A stretch of 32,000 nucleotides of DNA from contig NZ_CAXXTT010000002.1 of NCBI RefSeq assembly GCF_963665675.2, positions 2,424,218 through 2,456,217 of the forward strand, written 5' to 3'. The notes beneath the pieces were generated by a model. It was given only the letters and a program-made list of their open reading frames with translations, had not been told where the DNA came from and did not search any database. The translations under genes and the position numbers were made by a program. Positions 28,197 to 32,000 of the stretch are shown here, one piece after another (position 1 is the first letter of the stretch; the number at the start of each line of letters is the position of its first letter). The DNA comes from an uncultured Methanolobus sp. (GTDB lineage: Archaea; Halobacteriota; Methanosarcinia; Methanosarcinales; Methanosarcinaceae).

Positions 28197-28465
28197 TAAA
28201 AGAAACACTGATGGTTCTGTTTATTGATAATTGTACGCTTCAGGAAGCTGCAGACAAACTTGGTGTTAAACAGAGTGACATCAGGGACAGACTCGTTATG
28301 CTTCATCACATGGGATATGTTCGTGAGGTCTGTAACAATTCCGGCCCGAAATCGTCTTCCTGCTGTTCGTGTAGCGCGTCATCTTCCTGTTCAGGCAATA
28401 CTGAAAGCTTTGAAGGCAAGGCTTATGAACTAACTGAAAAGGGTGAAAGGATTTGCCGCAAATGA
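28193..28465 (+). CDS. FeoC-like winged-helix protein with Cys/Ser-rich segment
   Basis: 90 aa. The wHTH-like TLQEAADKLGVKQSDIRDRLVMLHHMGYV is followed by SSSCCSCSASSSCSG, resembling the FeoC layout (wHTH plus a Cys-rich wing). It is the last gene of the feo operon. Confidence 0.6.
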   Translation: MIKETLMVLFIDNCTLQEAADKLGVKQSDIRDRLVMLHHMGYVREVCNNSGPKSSSCCSCSASSSCSGNTESFEGKAYELTEKGERICRK

Positions 28466-28490
28466 ATATGCGGCAATCAGTGGTTTTTCC
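28453..28490 (+). terminator. Putative feo operon terminator (hairpin + T-runs)
   Basis: An 8-bp stem TTGCCGCA (28453-28460) / TGCGGCAA (28469-28476) spans the stop codon and is followed by TGGTTTTTCCGTTTTC. Confidence 0.4.
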
Positions 28491-28726
28491 GTTTTCTGAT
28501 AAATTATTTTAAATATGCCTGAGATTATATAACTGGATATTATATGTTAGTTAAAATATCGTTCGGGTTTTACAACAATGGTACTGTAATATTTCAGCGG
28601 TTTTGAGATGTACTTCAATCAGTTTAAATAATGACAGTAAGAGACAAAAATTACCGTAACATATATTTTTAAGTTCGGACACAGATACTACGTTGTTAAA
28701 TTTAAAAGGAATTAAAAGGGATTCAA

Positions 28727-30349
28727 ATGAAACTTGGAGTTGCAATAGACATAGGTACCAGTGGTATCAGAGCGCAGAAAATTGACCTTGACACTGGTGA
28801 TATCCAGAAGACAGTTATCACTCTCCGTAACCCGCTCCCGGGAGCAAATGTTATGGACCACCTGGACTTTGCCATTACTTACGGTCTTGATCTTGCCCAG
28901 GGTCTGCACGTCAATGCTGTAAAGCACGTTATAGAGACATTGGGAGTTAAGCCGGATGAGCTGGAAAGAATGTCCATTTGTGGAAACCCTATACAGCTTT
29001 CAATTTTCCAGGGAATCCCAATTGACGACCTTGCTTATGCAGGAGAAAGGAAGAAGGAAAGACTGAATATCCAGGAATCTGACAGAAGTGCCAGGATCAT
29101 TGACTGTTCAGAGATTAAGGGTCTTGAAGTTTATCCGAATGCAAAACTTGTAGTTCCACCTGCAATCAGGCACGAAGTCGGTGCTGATGCACTTGCACTT
29201 ATTATCAAATCAGGCTTCCTTGACACAAAGGAAACTGCAATTGCAACTGATTATGGAACAAATGCAGAGATGGCTCTTATCCATGAAGGAACGATTTACA
29301 CAGGTTCCGCCGCGGCAGGTCCTGCTCTTGAAGGTCAGCAGATCAAATACGGTAACCTTGCATCACCATTTGTAATTTCAAATGTTGAGTTCGAGGGCAA
29401 AAACATGCGTAACTATGTACTTGACGAAGAGATGAACACCGTCAAGGCGCAGTTGATCAACCCTAACAGCGGAGACATAATAGAAGAGGATTCAATTAAG
29501 GCAAAAGGAATTACCGGAACAGGTGTTATTGCAATAATTGAAGCGGGAATGAAGGATGGAATTATAACACTTCCAAAGATCAATACACCGGATCACATTC
29601 TTTACCTGCAGGATAAAATCAAGTTCTTTGAGAGTGATGTTGAGGCAGCCGGTCTTGCAATTGGTGCTATCCGTGCAGGACACCTTGCACTCTGTAATGC
29701 AGCAGGAGTAGAGGTTTCCGATGTCAAGAAAGCATACATGTCCGGTGCCGCAGGTACTTACATGGATGCTGTCAAGGCACACCAGGTAGGTATGGTCCCA
29801 TTCGATGTTGATGAAGTAATCCAGATCGGTAACACTTCACTTATTGTTGCAAGGGAAATCCTTCTTTCAGAGGACAGGCTCTGGGAACTTCAGGATATTG
29901 CAGCAAAGATTGTCAGCAACCACGTAATGTTTGCAACAGATCCGGCATTCAAGGATGCATATATCCAGGAAATCTCATACTGGACGGAAGGAATGCCTTT
30001 CAAGATGCTTAAAAAATTCCTCAAGAAGAAGGGACTTCCAAAGATCGACCTCCCTGAGAAGGAAACAAAGGTCAACAAGGTTGTTGAAAAGGATATTCCT
30101 GTACTTGGTCCTGAAGGACTTCAGGTTATTGAGCAGGTCGGCACATACCTGACAATGAAGGTTGACTGTCCGGAGTGTCCAAAGTGTATCAAGGTTTGTC
30201 CCAACGATGCCATAACTATTGATGATGAAGGTGTCGTCATGATCAGTTCTGATCTTTGTGACGGTGCAAACTGTAAGAGGTGCATTAATGCCTGTCCAAA
30301 GGAAACATTCAGGTGGGAAAACCTTGTAGTCATGGAAGAGGCAGTATAA
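28727..30349 (+). CDS. RamA-family corrinoid protein reductive activase (ASKHA ATPase domain + C-terminal 2x[4Fe-4S])
   Basis: 540 aa. The N-terminal ASKHA phosphate motif is GVAIDIGTSGIRAQKIDL..NVMDHLDFAI. The C-terminal ferredoxin motifs are CPECPKCIKVCP and CDGANCKRCINACP. The architecture matches methylamine methyltransferase corrinoid activase RamA from memory. The paralog is not assignable. Confidence 0.78.
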   Translation: MKLGVAIDIGTSGIRAQKIDLDTGDIQKTVITLRNPLPGANVMDHLDFAITYGLDLAQGLHVNAVKHVIETLGVKPDELERMSICGNPIQLSIFQGIPIDDLAYAGERKKERLNIQESDRSARIIDCSEIKGLEVYPNAKLVVPPAIRHEVGADALALIIKSGFLDTKETAIATDYGTNAEMALIHEGTIYTGSAAAGPALEGQQIKYGNLASPFVISNVEFEGKNMRNYVLDEEMNTVKAQLINPNSGDIIEEDSIKAKGITGTGVIAIIEAGMKDGIITLPKINTPDHILYLQDKIKFFESDVEAAGLAIGAIRAGHLALCNAAGVEVSDVKKAYMSGAAGTYMDAVKAHQVGMVPFDVDEVIQIGNTSLIVAREILLSEDRLWELQDIAAKIVSNHVMFATDPAFKDAYIQEISYWTEGMPFKMLKKFLKKKGLPKIDLPEKETKVNKVVEKDIPVLGPEGLQVIEQVGTYLTMKVDCPECPKCIKVCPNDAITIDDEGVVMISSDLCDGANCKRCINACPKETFRWENLVVMEEAV

Positions 30350-30381
30350 GCCTCTTTTTACTTTTTTAGAGGGAATGATAT

Positions 30382-31515
30382 ATGAAAATACTTGTTATTG
30401 GTGGATTTTTAGGTAGTGGAAAAACATCCACTATTATACGTATAGGAAAAGAATTCAGTGAAGCCGGCCAGAAGGTTGCGGTTATTGTTAATGAAATAGG
30501 TGAAGTGGGTCTTGATGGTGATGTTATCTCCAAATACGGGCTTGATATGACCGAACTTACAAGCGGATGCATTTGCTGTTCTCTTAAGGTCAATATGAAA
30601 ACAACATTGACCCTCCTTAACAAAGACTACCACCCGGACATCATATTAATAGAACCAACGGGAATAGCATTCCCACAGGTCATCAAGAACGAGATAGACC
30701 TGATGGATCTGAAGGATACCACTGTTCAGCCTCTCGTTACGTTGATTGATGGTAGCAGATTCAAGCAGCTGATGAAGGAAGCAAAGAATTTTGCCATGCG
30801 TCAGATTATCGATGCTGAGATATTATGTATTAATAAGATTGACATGATTGATGAGATACGTATACCCATCCTTGAGGCTTCTGTACAGCAACTGAATCCA
30901 AAGGCAAAGGTCTTACTGCTTTCCACATCCCGGGAAGATGAGCACTGGAGTGAGTTTGTCCAACTTGCAATGGGTGATATGCCAAGCCAGCATGGTCATC
31001 ATGAGTTAAAGACCACAAGCGCAGATACCGAGGTCATTGATGAGGCAACAGGAAAGCCTGTAGAGCAAACCATGGATTCTATTGAGGCGTCAGGCATAGC
31101 CAGTTATGCTACTGAGTTTGTGCTGGATGGTCGTATAGCCACAGATGTCGCACAGGTAACTGCAAAGGATATCATGACGGCTCTTAAATCTAAGGTAATT
31201 GAGCTCAGTCCTGAATTTGTGGGACATATTAAGCTCTTCATTGAATCCGGTTCTAATACTGTTAAGACTAATCTTACGGCATATGATCAGGATATTACCA
31301 TGGAAGTCATTGATGCGGAGACCGGGCAAGTGCCCCGACTCAAGGTTCTCTCAGCAGTCTCAAGTATTGATCATGATAAGCTTGTGCATATAGTAAATGA
31401 TACAATTTCGGATAAACTGGCTAAACAGGACATAAGTTTCAGACACAATAGGCCTCATGATCACGGTCATGACCATGGGCATGTCAAACCTATTGATCTA
31501 ATCAATAACAATTGA
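30382..31515 (+). CDS. COG0523 (CobW/HypB/UreG-superfamily) metallochaperone GTPase with His-rich tail
   Basis: Walker A is GGFLGSGKTS, the metal-binding CxCC motif is GCICCS, and His-rich segments are QHGHHE and HNRPHDHGHDHGH. Confidence 0.85.
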   Translation: MKILVIGGFLGSGKTSTIIRIGKEFSEAGQKVAVIVNEIGEVGLDGDVISKYGLDMTELTSGCICCSLKVNMKTTLTLLNKDYHPDIILIEPTGIAFPQVIKNEIDLMDLKDTTVQPLVTLIDGSRFKQLMKEAKNFAMRQIIDAEILCINKIDMIDEIRIPILEASVQQLNPKAKVLLLSTSREDEHWSEFVQLAMGDMPSQHGHHELKTTSADTEVIDEATGKPVEQTMDSIEASGIASYATEFVLDGRIATDVAQVTAKDIMTALKSKVIELSPEFVGHIKLFIESGSNTVKTNLTAYDQDITMEVIDAETGQVPRLKVLSAVSSIDHDKLVHIVNDTISDKLAKQDISFRHNRPHDHGHDHGHVKPIDLINNN

Positions 31516-31529
31516 TTATTGTTGATCTA

Positions 31530-31561
31530 AGCAGCAATTGCTTTTGCTGCTATCTTTTTTT
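31530..31561 (+). terminator. Putative terminator after the COG0523 gene
   Basis: Stem AGCAGCAA (31530-31537) / TTGCTGCT (31544-31551) with a 6-nt loop, followed by a T7 run at 31555-31561. Confidence 0.45.
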
Positions 31562-32000
31562 CCATTATGTACTTTAAAATCAACTAATTTCATGAGTTCG
31601 ATGTGACTTTATCACGAATTATATTCCTTTTCTTCTGGTGTGCCTATCCCGAATTAAATTCATATATAAGTCTAACGCATAATATGGACTTATCTTTTAT
31701 TTTTGTCATGTAGGTTCAAATTCTTTGTACACTTCGACTTTTGACGATACTTAAATCGAACGGTTAACAATCAGTAATAAAAATGTATTTTGTGTTTCTA
31801 AAATGAAATTATTTATTGCAGTTCCAATACTGTTGTCTTTTATTTATTAATTTAAGCTAAAAAGTAATAATTTCGCTTATTATATTATTTTTGTAATATC
31901 GATGTGTACGACAAGCAAACTTTAGTTATGTGCTTGAAATCGAGGAAAATACGCAGTTATATTTAAACTTGACCCTTACTTTATTCTTTTCTTCTGTGGT

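Noticed and set aside
31562-32000. tRNA or other structured RNA gene in the ORF-free tail.
   Set aside because: The sequence is very AT-rich, with no GC-rich acceptor or anticodon-stem-like segments. Only short hairpins were seen.

Overview
The gene content points to chromosomal DNA of a low-GC methylotrophic methanogen (Methanosarcinales-like): AlaX-M, COG1900-CBS plus NIL-ferredoxin homocysteine genes, and a RamA-family corrinoid activase. I cannot confirm the taxon without a database search. The left 14.5 kb is a complete E. coli-type (subtype I-E) CRISPR-Cas locus. It has a divergently transcribed Csa3-like CARF-wHTH regulator (862-1461, minus strand), then cas3-cas8e-cse2-cas7-cas5-cas6e-cas1-cas2 (1680-9851, plus strand). 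A 135-bp AT-rich leader follows, then an array of 75 repeats and 74 spacers (9987-14531; 29-bp repeat GAGTTCCCCACACACGTGGGGATGAACCG). The right 17.5 kb is ordinary chromosome. It carries an MFS transporter, a class-I flavoprotein disulfide reductase, a small unknown ORF, Hsp20 and a PAS/GAF histidine kinase. Next come a homocysteine-synthesis cluster with a UPF0280/COG2122 protein and an aminotransferase, then a DtxR-family repressor next to feoA-feoB-(4TM ORF)-feoC-like. A RamA-family activase, a COG0523 GTPase and a 485-bp AT-rich non-coding tail complete the window. I do not see an unmistakably new system. The points most worth follow-up are listed here. (1) A bacterial-type I-E module sits in an archaeal context under an archaeal CARF regulator, with no Cas10 in view. 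(2) The large, apparently active array has a leader with no IHF site. (3) Repeat position 29 is polymorphic, and one tandem-repeat spacer shows directly that this base comes from the protospacer. (4) A recurring TTGTAA(A)CTATAA inverted-repeat element occurs in the feo locus. All homology statements rest on motif recognition and remembered reference sequences, not on searches.
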